NCBI GenBank assembly: GCA_017743375.1
Contig: JAGHYX010000001.1
Span: 1 to 52,853 of the forward strand
Reading direction: 5' to 3'
DNA: 52,853 nt
Origin: Chloroflexota bacterium
GTDB lineage: Bacteria; Chloroflexota; Anaerolineae; J036; Brachytrichaceae
The notes beneath the pieces were generated by a model. The model was given only the letters and a program-made list of their open reading frames with translations. It searched no databases and was not told where the DNA came from. The translations under genes were made by a program, and so were the position numbers. Shown piece by piece: positions 11,362 to 22,445 of the stretch (positions are counted from its first letter, which is position 1; every line of letters begins with the position of its first letter).

Positions 11362-11443
11362 GGCGAAACTCCTCTATATGCTTTGTCCAATCCTGCCGAC
11401 GACCAGCGATGACCATCAGCAGCCAAGATTGTAAGCGGAGCGC

Positions 11444-11572
11444 AGGTGCGTTCACTCATCGGGGCAACCCTCAACCAGGCTATGCTGCCAGTGAGGGTGA
11501 GTTTGTTCAGAGGGTGGGCGACGGCACTGCCGTCGCCCACCCAGAGGTTTGCCCCTAGCTGTGAAAGGACCT
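11444..11572 (-). mobile_element. MITE-like repeat copy
   Basis: Ends AGGTGCGTTCAC / GTGAAAGGACCT; perfect palindrome at 11512-11542; flanks CGGAGCGC / CAGAGCGT (6/8); colinear with the reverse complement of 35557-35683. Confidence 0.8.
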
Positions 11573-11601
11573 CAGAGCGTCTGAACTGGAGAGCGTGTCA
11601 C

Positions 11602-12354
11602 GTGGCAGCCTCATCGCGCCCGATGACCAAAGCGGCGATCCGCGCTGCGGCGACGGCGATCGGCCTGACGCTGGACGACGACCAGGCCGAGAAGCTGCTC
11701 CGCCTTCGCCATCTGCTGCTCGAGGCCAACGCGCGCTTCAACCTGACGGCGATCACCGCCGATGAGGACATCCTGGCGCTCCACTTCATGGACTCGCTCA
11801 CCCCGCTGCCCTTCATCCGCGCGGCGCAGGGCGCGCCCGGCGCGCGCCTGACGCTGATTGACGTGGGCAGCGGCGCCGGCTTCCCCGGCATCCCGCTCAA
11901 GATCGCCATGCCGGAGCTGGAGGTCACGCTGATGGACGGCACAGCTAAGAAGGTGCGCTTTTGCCAGCAGGCCATCGCCGCGCTGGCGCTGGCGGACATC
12001 CGCGCGATCCACGCGCGGGCCGAAGAAGCCGGCCATCAGCGCGCGCACCGCGAGCGCTACGACGTCGTCATCGCACGGGCGGTCGCGCCGATGCCCACCC
12101 TGGCCGAGTACCTGCTGCCGCTGGCGCGCGTGGGCGGGCTGTGCATCGCCATGAAAGGGAGCGAGGCGCAGCGCGAGGCAGCGGAAGCGGCCGGCGCGAT
12201 CGCCAAACTGGGTGGCGCGCCCCCCCAGGTCCACCCCGTGCGCCTGCCCGACCGCGCCGACCAGCGCGCGCTGATCCTGGTGCACAAGGTCGCCCCCACG
12301 CCGAAGCTCTATCCTCGCGCCGGCGGCGCGCCGCGCAAGGCCGCGCTGAGATAA
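11602..12354 (+). CDS. rsmG: 16S rRNA m7G527 methyltransferase RsmG
   Basis: FNLTAI, HFMDSL, DVGSGAGFPGIPL, RAEE, ARAVA, YPR motifs; GTG 11602 follows GGAGAG (ATG 11623 is an alternative start). Confidence 0.95.
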   Translation: MAASSRPMTKAAIRAAATAIGLTLDDDQAEKLLRLRHLLLEANARFNLTAITADEDILALHFMDSLTPLPFIRAAQGAPGARLTLIDVGSGAGFPGIPLKIAMPELEVTLMDGTAKKVRFCQQAIAALALADIRAIHARAEEAGHQRAHRERYDVVIARAVAPMPTLAEYLLPLARVGGLCIAMKGSEAQREAAEAAGAIAKLGGAPPQVHPVRLPDRADQRALILVHKVAPTPKLYPRAGGAPRKAALR

Positions 12355-12494
12355 GTGCTCGTGCCCGCATGGCGAGGGTCAGGACTCCGGATGGGCAATG
12401 GGATTGCCGTCGCCTGCTATGACAGGAGGACCAACGCTTATCTTTCCTGCCTATTGGAACGAGGGGCCCTCACCAAGTCATGTTGGAGCGCCTT

Positions 12495-13235
12495 TTAGCC
12501 CAGCGCCGGCCGGATCGCGCGCGGCGAGTCGCTGATGATCCCATGCACGCCGCAGGCTGCGGCGTAAGCCGCTTGGTCAGGGGCGTTGACCGTCCAGGTG
12601 TTCACGCGCTTGCCCTGGGCCTTCAGCCGGCGCACCTCCTCCGGCGTCACCAGCCCGATGTCCGGATGGCGAAACTGATGCGGCGCGAAGGGGGCCAGCC
12701 AGACTCGGCGCAGGAAGGCCGGCATGGCGTGGTGATACAAGATGCCGCGCGGGACCTCGGGCGCGAGCTGGGCCAGCCGGCGCACCATCAGCGGGTCAAA
12801 AGAAGAGAACAGCGTCCGCGCCGCGCAGCCCCCGCGCCAGACGGCGTCCACGACGGCCGCTGCCAGCGCCTCGCGCAGGGCGACACTCGGCTTTAGCTCG
12901 ATGTTTAGCAGAAAGGGCGGATCCCAGTCGGCGGTGAAAGCGATCACCTCATCCAACGTGGGGATGCGCTGGCCCTGACCGGCGTCCAGCCGGCGCAGCG
13001 CAGCCAGCGAGAGGTCGCGCACCCGCCCCTTGCCGTCCGTGGTTCGGTCCACCGTGTCATCGTGGATCACGACCACCTCGCCGCTGGCGCAGAGCGTTAC
13101 GTCCAACTCAACGCCATCCGCGCCGTGTTCGCGCGCGGTTTGAAAGGCCAGCAACGTGTTCTCCGGCGCGTGGGCGCTTGCGCCGCGATGCCCGATGATC
13201 AGCGGTCGGTCGCGCGCGGCCAGCCAAAGGTTCAC
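12495..13235 (-). CDS. Glycerophosphodiester phosphodiesterase
   Basis: GHRGASAHAPENT, ELDV, HDDTVDRTT, NIELK, WTVN motifs; start GTG 13235 or ATG 13244. Confidence 0.92.
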   Translation of the reverse strand: MNLWLAARDRPLIIGHRGASAHAPENTLLAFQTAREHGADGVELDVTLCASGEVVVIHDDTVDRTTDGKGRVRDLSLAALRRLDAGQGQRIPTLDEVIAFTADWDPPFLLNIELKPSVALREALAAAVVDAVWRGGCAARTLFSSFDPLMVRRLAQLAPEVPRGILYHHAMPAFLRRVWLAPFAPHQFRHPDIGLVTPEEVRRLKAQGKRVNTWTVNAPDQAAYAAACGVHGIISDSPRAIRPALG

Positions 13236-13269
13236 GACCGGCATTCTACAGATAAGATATTCGCTCGGC

Positions 13270-14595
13270 ATGAGCGCGCTTGTGATCCCCGAAGACGGCA
13301 TGCGCATCACGCGCGACACCATCCTCCAGCCGGGCGTCTATTACTTGCCGCATGGCCTGGTGATCGCGGCGGACCGCGTGACGCTGGACGGCAACGGGGC
13401 GCTGATCATCGGCGCAGCGGGGCAGGGCCGCGGGGTGAGCATAGACCAACGCACCGGCGTGACGGTGAAGAACCTGCGCCTGATCGGCTTCTATCACGGC
13501 ATTTGGGTCAACGCCAGCGCCAATATCACCATTGCCGATAACCAAGTGACGCGCACCCACGAGCTGCCGGCCCCGGATACCTTCCTGGATGTCTGGCTGC
13601 CGCGCGAGCAAGCCTACGGCGGCGCGATCTTCCTCTCTGGCGTGATTGACTCGTTCGTCATAGGCAACGATGTGCGCCATCAGCAGAATGGCATCATGCT
13701 GTATGGGTGTAACCGCGTCGAGGTCTCGCGCAACGACGCCTCCTATAACAGCGGCGCCGGCATCCTGCTCTACGAATCCTCCGAGAACGTGATTGAGGAC
13801 AACACCGCCGACTTCTGCTGTCGCATCTACAGCACCGATCCGACGGGCCGCAGCTATCACAACGGCGCAGACGCGGCGGCGCTGGTGATCATGTGCAGTT
13901 CGTCGCGCAACATCGTGCGCAACAATCGCCTGCGGAGCAGCGGCGATGGGGTGTTCCTGGGCGGCTTTCACAAAGATCAAATCAAGGTGCCCTGTAACGA
14001 TAACCTCTTCGAGGACAACGACGCCAGCTACAGCCCCAACATCGCCTTCGAGGCCACCTTCTCGCAACGCAACGTCTTTCGCAACAACCGCGCCGAGCAC
14101 TGTGCGTATGGCTTTTGGCTGGGCTGGTCCAGCCATACGACTGTGGAGGGCAATGCGATCCGCGGCAATCGGATCGCCGGCGTGGCGATTGAGCACGGCC
14201 ATCACAACGTCATCTCCGGCAACGCGATCGAGCACAACGGCGTCGGCGTCCAGCTCTGGGTGAATGCGGATGGCCGGCGCGGGACGGGCGTCTTCCGCCA
14301 GTTTTACCCAGAGTGCGCCGAGAGCTACGAGACGAAGGTGATCAGCAACACGCTGATCCACAACGACTTTGGCGTGCGGGCGTGGACCGAGCGCGACGCG
14401 AGCTACGCCGGCCCGCGCTGTCATCACTTCGTCATCCACGGGAACACGGTGCGCGACAACCGGGTGGGGGTGCAGTTCGAGCGCGTGCGCGATAGCCTGA
14501 TCCAGGAGAACACGATCATCGCCAACCTCGAGGCCGGCATCAAGCTGGTCGGCTGCGCCAACATCAACACCGAGGGCAACGACATGGGCGGCTAG
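13270..14595 (+). CDS. Right-handed parallel beta-helix repeat protein (NosD/pectin-lyase fold)
   Basis: Repeated N-x-I-x-x-N and GIxL units, Asn-rich; TLDGNGA N-terminal motif; start ATG 13270. Confidence 0.85.
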   Translation: MSALVIPEDGMRITRDTILQPGVYYLPHGLVIAADRVTLDGNGALIIGAAGQGRGVSIDQRTGVTVKNLRLIGFYHGIWVNASANITIADNQVTRTHELPAPDTFLDVWLPREQAYGGAIFLSGVIDSFVIGNDVRHQQNGIMLYGCNRVEVSRNDASYNSGAGILLYESSENVIEDNTADFCCRIYSTDPTGRSYHNGADAAALVIMCSSSRNIVRNNRLRSSGDGVFLGGFHKDQIKVPCNDNLFEDNDASYSPNIAFEATFSQRNVFRNNRAEHCAYGFWLGWSSHTTVEGNAIRGNRIAGVAIEHGHHNVISGNAIEHNGVGVQLWVNADGRRGTGVFRQFYPECAESYETKVISNTLIHNDFGVRAWTERDASYAGPRCHHFVIHGNTVRDNRVGVQFERVRDSLIQENTIIANLEAGIKLVGCANINTEGNDMGG

Positions 14596-15635
14596 AACGC
14601 CCGCACCTCGCTGAGCGCGCGCAGGCGCTCCGCCGCCTGCTCCGGCGTCAGGTCGCGCTGGGGCTGGGCCAGCATCTCGTAGCCCACCATGAACTTGCGC
14701 ACGGTCGCGCTGCGCAACAGCGGTGGGTAGAAGTGTAGGTGTAGCTGCCATTCATCGTGCACCTGGCCGTCGTAGGGCGCCTGGTGGATGCCCATCGTGT
14801 AAGGGAAGGGCGCGTTGAACAGGTTGTCGTAGCGCACCGTCAGGCGCTTGAGCGCGTCGGCCAGCGCGTCGCGCTCGGCCTCGCCCAGCTCGGTCAGCCG
14901 GCGGACGTGGCGGCGCGGCAAGATCATCGTCTCGAACGGCCAGACCGCCCAGAAGGGGACCAAGCAGGTGAAATGATCGTTCTCGAAGATGATCCGCCCG
15001 CCCTCCCGCCGCTCGATCTCCAGATAGTCCACCAGCAACGGCCCATGGCTGCCGGCTCGCTGAAGGTAGTTCAACTGGCCGCGCGTCTCCTTGACGATCT
15101 CGGTCGGCAAGCCGCGGGTGGCCCAGAGCTGGCCGTGCGGGTGCGGGTTGCTGGCGCCCATCATCTCCCCCTTGTTCTCGAAGATTTGGATGTAGGTGAT
15201 GTCCTCGCGCGCGCCCAGCTCGGCGCACTGCGCCACCCACGTGTCCACCACGGCGCGGATCTGCGCCGGCGGCAGCTCGGCCAGCGTCAGGTCGTGGCGC
15301 GGGGAGAAGCAGATCACGCGGCAGACGCCCGCCTCCGGCTCGGCGCGGAGCAGCGGGTGGGCCGAGCCGTCTGTCGGTCCGCTGTTCGCCGTCGGCGGCA
15401 GCAGGGCGGGGAAGTCGTTGTCGAAGACGAAGACGCCGGTGTAGGGCGGGTTGACCGCACCGTTCGCGCGCCGGTTGCCGGGGCACAGATAGCAGTTGGG
15501 GTCGTAGACCGGCCGCTGCTCGCGCGTGACCCTCTCCACCGCGCCCAACCAGGGGCGTGCGGCGCGCTGGGGCGAGACCAAGACCCACTCGCCGGTGAGC
15601 GGGTTGTAGCGTCGGTGTGGCTGTGTGAGGTCCAT
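14592..15635 (-). CDS. galT: Galactose-1-phosphate uridylyltransferase
   Basis: [45 protein letters not shown] motifs; start ATG 15635. Confidence 0.97.
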   Translation of the reverse strand: MDLTQPHRRYNPLTGEWVLVSPQRAARPWLGAVERVTREQRPVYDPNCYLCPGNRRANGAVNPPYTGVFVFDNDFPALLPPTANSGPTDGSAHPLLRAEPEAGVCRVICFSPRHDLTLAELPPAQIRAVVDTWVAQCAELGAREDITYIQIFENKGEMMGASNPHPHGQLWATRGLPTEIVKETRGQLNYLQRAGSHGPLLVDYLEIERREGGRIIFENDHFTCLVPFWAVWPFETMILPRRHVRRLTELGEAERDALADALKRLTVRYDNLFNAPFPYTMGIHQAPYDGQVHDEWQLHLHFYPPLLRSATVRKFMVGYEMLAQPQRDLTPEQAAERLRALSEVRAF

Positions 15636-15665
15636 ACCCGTATTCTCGCTGCTTGCGCGCGTCAA

Positions 15666-15791
15666 GGGTGTATTCATAGATAGGGCAGAACGCAGGGTGG
15701 TCGACGGCACTGCCGTCGCCCACCCTCTATACACTTGCCTTCGCTGACAGCATCGCTCGATGGAAGGTTGCTCCTATTGGTGAATGCACCC
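15666..15791 (+). mobile_element. MITE-like repeat copy
   Basis: TIRs GGGTGTATTCAT / GTGAATGCACCC; flanks CGCGTCAA / TGCGTCAA (7/8); palindrome at 15695-15725. Confidence 0.85.
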
Positions 15792-15868
15792 TGCGTCAAC
15801 GTTTTATAAACGTTTGAGTGCTTAAATGAGCGTGCTTAGAATCCGAGGCTTAGGAGGATGAAACAGCC

Positions 15869-17011
15869 ATGATGTGGTTGATGCGTTCGCTCGTCGGCAT
15901 CGCGTTGGCAGTAGTAACCGCGGTCGGGGTTGCGGCGCCCGCGCGCGCCCTCGAAGAAGACAAGGGCGTCCTCATCGTCGCCGTGCAACGCGGCAGCCCC
16001 GCAGCGGAGGCCGGCCTGCGCCGTGGCGACATCATCCTCAAAGTGAACGAGGTCGAGGTGAATAGCGCCGGCGCGCTGCGCGATGCGCTGGCCGCGCTCA
16101 AGCCGGGTGACGAGGTGCGCCTGCGGATCGCGCGCGGGGAGGCCGAGCGCACCCTGAGGGTCGTCCTAGGCCAGGCAGATGGCCGGCCATACCTAGGCGT
16201 GGTGCCCTTTGAAGCGACAGCCAGGCCGCCAGCTCAGGAGAGCCGCCCGCCACAAGCTAAGCCCGATGAGGGCGGCGTCCGGCGCTGGTTGGAGCAGCGC
16301 TTCGGCGTGCAGGTGCGGGTCACCGAGGTGATCACCGACAGCCCGGCCGCCAAAGCCGGCCTGCGCGTCGGCGATGTCCTGCTCGCCATCAACGACAAGC
16401 CGCTCGACTGGTCGTCGGCGCTGGGCGACCTGCTCGCCGCCTACAAGCCCGGCGACGAGATCACGTTGAAGATCAAGCGCGATGACGCCGAGCGCAGCGT
16501 CAAGGTGCGCCTGGGCGAGAACCCCGAGAAGAAGGGCGCGCCTTATCTCGGCATCCGCTACGCCCTCGCCATAGGCTCATTCCAGTTGCCCTTTGGCTCC
16601 GCGGAGCGCATCTCCGGCGCCAGCGTGGTTGAGGTGGTCGCCGGCAGCCCGGCGGACAAGGCCGGTTTGAAAGCCGGCGACTTAATTGTGGCCGCTAACG
16701 ACAAGCCCGTTGAGCGCGCAGATGACCTGGTGCAGGTCATCCAGCGCAGCAAGCCCGGCGACCAGCTCACGCTCAGCGTCCGGCGTGCAGGCCAGGAGAA
16801 GCCGCTCTCGATGGTGGTGACTCTGGGCCGCCATCCCGACAAGGCTGGCCAAGCCTACTTGGGCGTCTCGCTGGGCAACGCCATCTTCGGGGTGCTTCCG
16901 GGCCAGGAGGGTGGGGGACTAGAAATCCTGCCGGGCTTCCGCTTGCCTTTTGAGTTGCCGATTCCGCCGCTGCCGCAGCCGCGGCCTGAGATGGAAGGGC
17001 GGGGCGCATAG
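15869..17011 (+). CDS. Secreted protein with three PDZ domains
   Basis: Signal peptide; three SPA(A/D)xAGLxxGD repeats each followed by YLG(V/I); RBS AGGAGG. Confidence 0.88.
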   Translation: MMWLMRSLVGIALAVVTAVGVAAPARALEEDKGVLIVAVQRGSPAAEAGLRRGDIILKVNEVEVNSAGALRDALAALKPGDEVRLRIARGEAERTLRVVLGQADGRPYLGVVPFEATARPPAQESRPPQAKPDEGGVRRWLEQRFGVQVRVTEVITDSPAAKAGLRVGDVLLAINDKPLDWSSALGDLLAAYKPGDEITLKIKRDDAERSVKVRLGENPEKKGAPYLGIRYALAIGSFQLPFGSAERISGASVVEVVAGSPADKAGLKAGDLIVAANDKPVERADDLVQVIQRSKPGDQLTLSVRRAGQEKPLSMVVTLGRHPDKAGQAYLGVSLGNAIFGVLPGQEGGGLEILPGFRLPFELPIPPLPQPRPEMEGRGA

Positions 17012-17199
17012 CTAGGTCGCGTCCGGCCCGCTGGTGAAGATGGCGACCCACTGGCCGAGGTCGGGCTGGGTGAGCACGACGACCTCGCGCACCCACTTGA
17101 CCCACATAAAGCCGCGCCGGCCCGGCGCGACCAAGCGCAGCGGCGCGCCGTGCCAGTGGTCGAGCGGCTCATCGCCGACGTGCGTGGCCAACAGCGCCG
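17003..17199. repeat. 197-bp direct repeat, left copy (orphan 3' end of the molybdopterin oxidoreductase gene)
   Basis: Identical by eye to 23355-23551 (offset 6352). Confidence 0.97.
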
Positions 17200-17287
17200 A
17201 GAAGAAGACCAGGGATGCGTTTTGCGAGAAGCAGCGCTTTGATCAGGGAGCGCTTATCACGCAGGTAAAGTCGTTAACGGAACTATC

Positions 17288-18811
17288 CTAGTATTTAACA
17301 CTATATTTGAATGAATTTATTTTTTGATTTATGGGCTTAAGAAATTCGTAAAGATATTTGTAAAGATTTTGATAAAGAAGCGCATAAAAATTGGTTAAAT
17401 TTTGTTCATTAGCTACAACCTCTTCTTTAACTTGAATCGCATCAGCAGCAGCCTGAGGGCTAGCATATACACCTGCACCTACGCCACCGAGCAAGGCGGC
17501 GCCGAGTGCTGTGGCCTCCTCAACTGATTTAATAATAATTGGCTTCCCAAAGACATTAGATTTTATATGCAAAAGTAACTTGTTTTTAATGCTACCTCCT
17601 GTTACAAGTAATCTTGAGTTACTTAGGTTATACTTTTGATTAAGAACATCTAAAGCATAGTGCGTTTCCATTGCCAATCCCTCTAGCACTGCTCTGAATA
17701 GTGCACCGCGTTGTGTGTCTGTGGTGAGGCCCACGAATGCGCCCATCGCAGTAGGATCGTTGTGTGGCGTGTTTGCTGTGCGTAGATGTGGCACAAACAT
17801 CGCTCCTAAGCTACCGGCAGGGACGAGTGTTGCCTCTTCAATAAGGGCCTCTACGCTGATGTCTCGTGCGGCGAATTGTTGAAACCATTCGACGGCAATG
17901 CCGGATGCAAAGAGGCCGGCCAACACGTAGTAGCCGCCAGCGACATGAGCGCCGTAGGTGTAGCCTCGGCAACATAGCTCCGGGTCAATCCTCGCCTGCT
18001 CGATGGGCAGGAAGAGCGCCTCAGCAGAACCCATCGAGTCGAGGATCGTACTCTGAGTAGTAATTCCTAGCGCAAGCGCGGCGCATACGTGGTCATGTCC
18101 CCCCACTGAAACTATAGCAGATGTGGGCAGGCCTGTAATGCTTGCGACTTCTGGTAATACAAAACCAAGCTTTGTTCCACTACATAGTAGATTAGCAAAT
18201 ATGTTATTTTTTATATTTATACTTTTCAAGATGTCTAGATCCCATTGTAAGCTGTTTAAATTGAGACTAAGTGTTCTAGAGGCAAGCGAATAATCTGTTG
18301 CGTAAATGCCGGATAGTTTATAGGATATATAATCAGATACGTTTAGCCACTTGAAGGTTCTTTTATAAATATCTGGGTGATTTTCACGAATCCAAAGTAT
18401 TTTACATAGGCTAAATATAGGATTAATATTTAAGCCAGTAGATTCGGCAATGACGTCCGGGCCGATTGCTGTTGCTATCATAGCGGCTTGAGGTTGGCTG
18501 CGCTGGTCAAACCACGCAATAAAAGGGTATAAGGGATGTCCTTGTTCATCAACCGGCACGCCCGCTTCACCCATACTAGCACAGGCAACGCCTACGACGC
18601 GCTGAGGATGGTCTATTTGTGATAACGCTGAGCGGACGACCTCGAGGACACCTTGCCAGATTTCATCTGGCTCATAATGCGCCCAGCCAGGTTGCGGATA
18701 GTGAGTAGGAGTTCGCACCCTAGCCAGGCTGACCATGTGGCCCGTGCAGTCAAAGACCGCGGCTTTAATGTGCGTCGTGCCTACGTCTATCCCTAACAGG
18801 AGTGGCTGCAT
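17288..18811 (-). CDS. FGGY-family carbohydrate kinase
   Basis: GIDVGTTHIKA, AWFDQRS, TDYSLASRT, GGHDH, RAVLEG, EATALGAA motifs. Confidence 0.92.
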   Translation of the reverse strand: MQPLLLGIDVGTTHIKAAVFDCTGHMVSLARVRTPTHYPQPGWAHYEPDEIWQGVLEVVRSALSQIDHPQRVVGVACASMGEAGVPVDEQGHPLYPFIAWFDQRSQPQAAMIATAIGPDVIAESTGLNINPIFSLCKILWIRENHPDIYKRTFKWLNVSDYISYKLSGIYATDYSLASRTLSLNLNSLQWDLDILKSINIKNNIFANLLCSGTKLGFVLPEVASITGLPTSAIVSVGGHDHVCAALALGITTQSTILDSMGSAEALFLPIEQARIDPELCCRGYTYGAHVAGGYYVLAGLFASGIAVEWFQQFAARDISVEALIEEATLVPAGSLGAMFVPHLRTANTPHNDPTAMGAFVGLTTDTQRGALFRAVLEGLAMETHYALDVLNQKYNLSNSRLLVTGGSIKNKLLLHIKSNVFGKPIIIKSVEEATALGAALLGGVGAGVYASPQAAADAIQVKEEVVANEQNLTNFYALLYQNLYKYLYEFLKPINQKINSFKYSVKY

Positions 18812-18889
18812 AGGGCTAGCGGTTCACTCTCGCTGACGAAAAGGAAGACTTGATAGCCAATTGCTCTCGTAGGAACGACTGTATCACAA

Positions 18890-19744
18890 CTAGCCCTTCA
18901 CAGCCCCTAGGGTTAACCCACGAATAATGTAGCGTTGAGCAAGCAGGGCGAACAAGGTCGGGACGAGCAATGTGAGAATGGTACGGACGCCTACAAACCA
19001 GAACTGCACGCCGCGTGTGTGCTCCGCTCCTGCAATGATCACCGGCATTGGGATGGCGGATTTAGTCGTAAGCGATAAGGCGAACAGAAATTCATTCCAA
19101 GCAAAAGCCATACATATAATCCAAGAAGCTACAAGGCTTGGAATGACTAGAGGTAGAACAATTAAAACAAGTGCTTGCCATAAACTTGCACCGTCTACGA
19201 AGGCGGCTTCTTCTAATTCTCTGGGCAGTTCACGTATAATCTGGCTAAGGATAATGATTGGGAATGGCAACGTGAATGTTGCGTTGAGTAATACCAGTGC
19301 AAGCACACTGTCAAGCAGCCGCAACTCGCGCATGATGAGGAAGAAAGGAATGACGAACAGCACTGGGGGGAGGATGCGCTGGGAGAGAAACCAAGTGGTC
19401 AACGAGCTATTCCTAGGACGTATGAACTTAAAGCGTGCCAACGCATAGGCTGCCGGTGTGCCTAGCAAGACAGCAATGGTTGCAGCGCCTGTTGAAATTA
19501 CGGCACTGTTAAGTAGCGCCTGGCGTATCTCAGGAATAGATAATTCAGCCAACCAATGTTCTAATGTAGGCTGAAATTGAATGAATGGGATAAAAGTATT
19601 GCTAAAAGTGTCTGCGGGTTTCTTTATCGAGTTGAGAAGCGCCCAGTAAAAAGGCAGAATAACCCACGCAACAGCTATTAGCAGTGCAAAAGCAGTAAAT
19701 ATAGTGTTAAGTATGTTTATACTTGATAGTTTATTCTGTCTCAT
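18890..19744 (-). CDS. Carbohydrate ABC transporter permease (MalG type)
   Basis: [12 protein letters not shown] (EAA loop), [14 protein letters not shown]. Confidence 0.93.
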   Translation of the reverse strand: MRQNKLSSINILNTIFTAFALLIAVAWVILPFYWALLNSIKKPADTFSNTFIPFIQFQPTLEHWLAELSIPEIRQALLNSAVISTGAATIAVLLGTPAAYALARFKFIRPRNSSLTTWFLSQRILPPVLFVIPFFLIMRELRLLDSVLALVLLNATFTLPFPIIILSQIIRELPRELEEAAFVDGASLWQALVLIVLPLVIPSLVASWIICMAFAWNEFLFALSLTTKSAIPMPVIIAGAEHTRGVQFWFVGVRTILTLLVPTLFALLAQRYIIRGLTLGAVKG

Positions 19745-20638
19745 AATTTGTGATAATCCTCCTGTATAGAGTCACAATGATAAAACTAACGATGATCAAC
19801 AAGAGAAAACCCTGTGCAGCGGCATAACCATGATCAAAGAATCGCATCGCAGTACGATATGTAAATAAGCTATATACTTCCGTAGCTCGCCCTGGTCCTC
19901 CAAGTGTTAGACTGGTTGGTATGTCAAAAACCTTAAATGATTCCACCAACCTGAGCAACAAGATCAGCGTCAGGATGGGTGTCATTAGAGGCAGCGTGAT
20001 GTATCTGAACATAGACCAGCCAGATGCTCCGTCCACTTTGGCTGCCTCGTAGAGATCGTCTGGAAGCGCTTGTAAGGCTGCGAGTGACACGAGAAAGACG
20101 AAGGGTGTCCACTGCCAGATGTCCACCAAGATTACCGTGACCAAGGCCCAGAAGGGGTTGGAGAGCCACGGAATACCACTGCCACCCAATGAACGGATGA
20201 TCGTATTCACAGGCCCGTTTTGCTCATAGAAGATAGTGATACTCAAATAGCCAATAGCAACAGGAGTAGCAAATAGAGGCAGGATCATAATCGTTCGTAA
20301 TAAGCTCCTGCCTAAAATATCTCTATTTAGCAATAACGCTAAGCCAAAACCGAGAACCATTTGCACACTCACGCTTACTATGACAAAGACAAGCGTGATC
20401 CTTAATCCAGAATGCAAGTTTGCATCATTAAACAATCTGACAAAGTTGTACAAACCTACGAATTCATTTATCCTTCCAAACCTAAAACTGAAGAGACTTG
20501 TATACAGAGCGTATAGCAATGGAAATATAGAAAACGCAAGGACCCAGATAACCGCTGGTATGATAAAAAGACGATTGTCCAGCTTGATTTGTTTATGAAT
20601 CTGTCTTGACGGTATGGATTGGCTTAGAGCCTCGTTCA
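19731..20638 (-). CDS. Carbohydrate ABC transporter permease (MalF type)
   Basis: [26 protein letters not shown] motifs; start uncertain (20638 or 20651). Confidence 0.92.
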
Positions 20639-20660
20639 TAGAGAATGACAATTGACTTCT

Positions 20661-20697
20661 CTTCCCCTTCTAGGTCTGAATGACCTAGAAGGGGAAG
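20661..20697. terminator. 16-bp perfect stem-loop between the SBP and permease genes (mRNA stabiliser or attenuator)
   Basis: CTTCCCCTTCTAGGTC-TGAAT-GACCTAGAAGGGGAAG. Confidence 0.75.
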
Positions 20698-20720
20698 GAT
20701 GAACTTTGATCGGGTTAGGA

Positions 20721-22361
20721 TTACTTCAAACCGAGGGATTCGATGTAGATCTGTCGCTGCTTCTCACGGCCCAAGCGCTCAGTGATCGCCTCGAAGTCAG
20801 CCACTGTCGCCTTCAGCGCCTCCTCTGGCGTCTTCTGCTTGGTCACTGCCTCCGAGAGACGGATATCTAGGGCCGTCCAATACTCGAACGTGCCGGGGAT
20901 GCGTAGGTAGGGGAACTGCAACGGTGCATTGAAGTTGTCAAAGTATGCCTTAGTGTAGTCCTTGATGTCCGCTTCCGCCCATCCCGCAGCGAGATAGTCA
21001 TCCAGCTTAGCCGTGCCGTCTGGAGGTAGGAAGTGAGAAGTGCGCCCAGGGTCAACACCATCCCAACCGCGAGCAGCGTAGATGAGCGACTTCGGCTTGG
21101 ACGCCATCAAGGCCAGCAGATAATAAGTCGCTTCTGGGGCCTTGGAGAACTTAGAGATCACGCCGGCCCAGGAGCCGCCTGTGGTGTTGCCCACACGATT
21201 GACCGAGTCAACCTTGATCCACTGGCCCTTCGGGATGCTGTAATACTCGTTCGTGCCCGGCAGCATCGCAGCACCGGTCTTGCCTTTGACCTTGCTGCCT
21301 TCTTGCTGAGCAAGAGCACCCAGGTCACCCCACGTGAAGGTGAGCGCTGCTTCGCCGCGCAGGAAGTGATCCCATGCCTCGCCCAAGCTCCAGCCCATCA
21401 TCGCTTCGGGTCCGAACTGAACCAGATCAACCAAGGTTTCTAGCGCTCTCAGGTGGCCTGGGCTGTCCATGAGCGGCTTCATCGTTTCTGGGTCGAACCA
21501 GAACAGGTTCTTGTTCTCAGGGCCGATCACGAACGGTGCAGCGAACGACATAAAGTGGAACATGCCCTGGCCGCCTACCTTTAGGTGCATTGTCAACCCG
21601 TTGTCTGGCTTCCCATCGCCGTTTAGGTCCTTGCCATTGAAGTATTCCGCAACATCACGGAACTCCTTCCAGGTGGTAGGCACCTTCAAATCGTAACCAT
21701 ACTTCTCTTTGAAGGCGGCTTTGTGGTTGGGATCTTCTAACAAGTCGCGCCGGTAGTACATCACTTGGCCATCATGATCGTTGGCTACCATGTACTTCTT
21801 GCCACCGTAGGTTAGAAGCGAGCGCGGACCTGCTAGAACGTCTTCAAAGTCCCATTGTGGGAAGCGAGGATCGTTGTACCACTGGTCATAGCTCAGGATG
21901 TAATCACCGCCGACCAAATCCCCGAGCCACCATGCGCCTGCGATTGACGCATCGTATTGACCTGTGCCGCTAGTGAGGTCAGTAAGGAGCTTCGGGAAGT
22001 GTTCAGCAAAGGGCACTTCAACGATGTTCAGTTTGGCCCCTGTTGCTTTCTCGAACTCTTCGCGGACCTCATAGAACGGACCTGAGATTGGTCCCTTCTC
22101 GCCAGCAGCGTTGACGATGACAGTAACCGTCTGACCCTTGAATGGACAGTTGTCTCCGCACGGTTGAGCCACTACGGGTGGTTTCAAATCACCAGCCACC
22201 ACCTCTTTTGCCACGTTCTCCTCTTGCCCTAGAGGTGTTGGCGTAGGAGCTGCACCCTGAGGGGCAGCGGGTGCTGCCTGAGGCACCGCACAAGCAGAAA
22301 CGACCAGCGTAGTTGCTAAAACAGTAACATAAATCTTGCTGAACTTCATACCAACCTCCAT
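20721..22361 (-). CDS. Sugar ABC transporter substrate-binding lipoprotein
   Basis: Lipobox VSAC, Pro/Ala linker, [25 protein letters not shown] motifs; ATG 22349 after GGAGG is a likely alternative start. Confidence 0.9.
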   Translation of the reverse strand: MEVGMKFSKIYVTVLATTLVVSACAVPQAAPAAPQGAAPTPTPLGQEENVAKEVVAGDLKPPVVAQPCGDNCPFKGQTVTVIVNAAGEKGPISGPFYEVREEFEKATGAKLNIVEVPFAEHFPKLLTDLTSGTGQYDASIAGAWWLGDLVGGDYILSYDQWYNDPRFPQWDFEDVLAGPRSLLTYGGKKYMVANDHDGQVMYYRRDLLEDPNHKAAFKEKYGYDLKVPTTWKEFRDVAEYFNGKDLNGDGKPDNGLTMHLKVGGQGMFHFMSFAAPFVIGPENKNLFWFDPETMKPLMDSPGHLRALETLVDLVQFGPEAMMGWSLGEAWDHFLRGEAALTFTWGDLGALAQQEGSKVKGKTGAAMLPGTNEYYSIPKGQWIKVDSVNRVGNTTGGSWAGVISKFSKAPEATYYLLALMASKPKSLIYAARGWDGVDPGRTSHFLPPDGTAKLDDYLAAGWAEADIKDYTKAYFDNFNAPLQFPYLRIPGTFEYWTALDIRLSEAVTKQKTPEEALKATVADFEAITERLGREKQRQIYIESLGLK

Positions 22362-22445
22362 CTTTACAGTGTTTGCGCGTAGTTATTTGAAGAAATCGCT
22401 CTCAACTTAGATTAACTTTGCCATTTACCACCTCCTTCCCGAGCA

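Noticed and set aside
11446-11601. N-terminal extensions of rsmG (also galT 15636-15734 and rhamnosidase 3047-3100) and short ORFs sharing GWATAL/MGDG peptides
   Set aside because: They arise from reading through MITE sequence; conserved protein starts lie downstream
17034-17199. Left repeat as an expressed small gene
   Set aside because: It is a start-less 3' fragment of the oxidoreductase; the listed ORFs are in shadow frames
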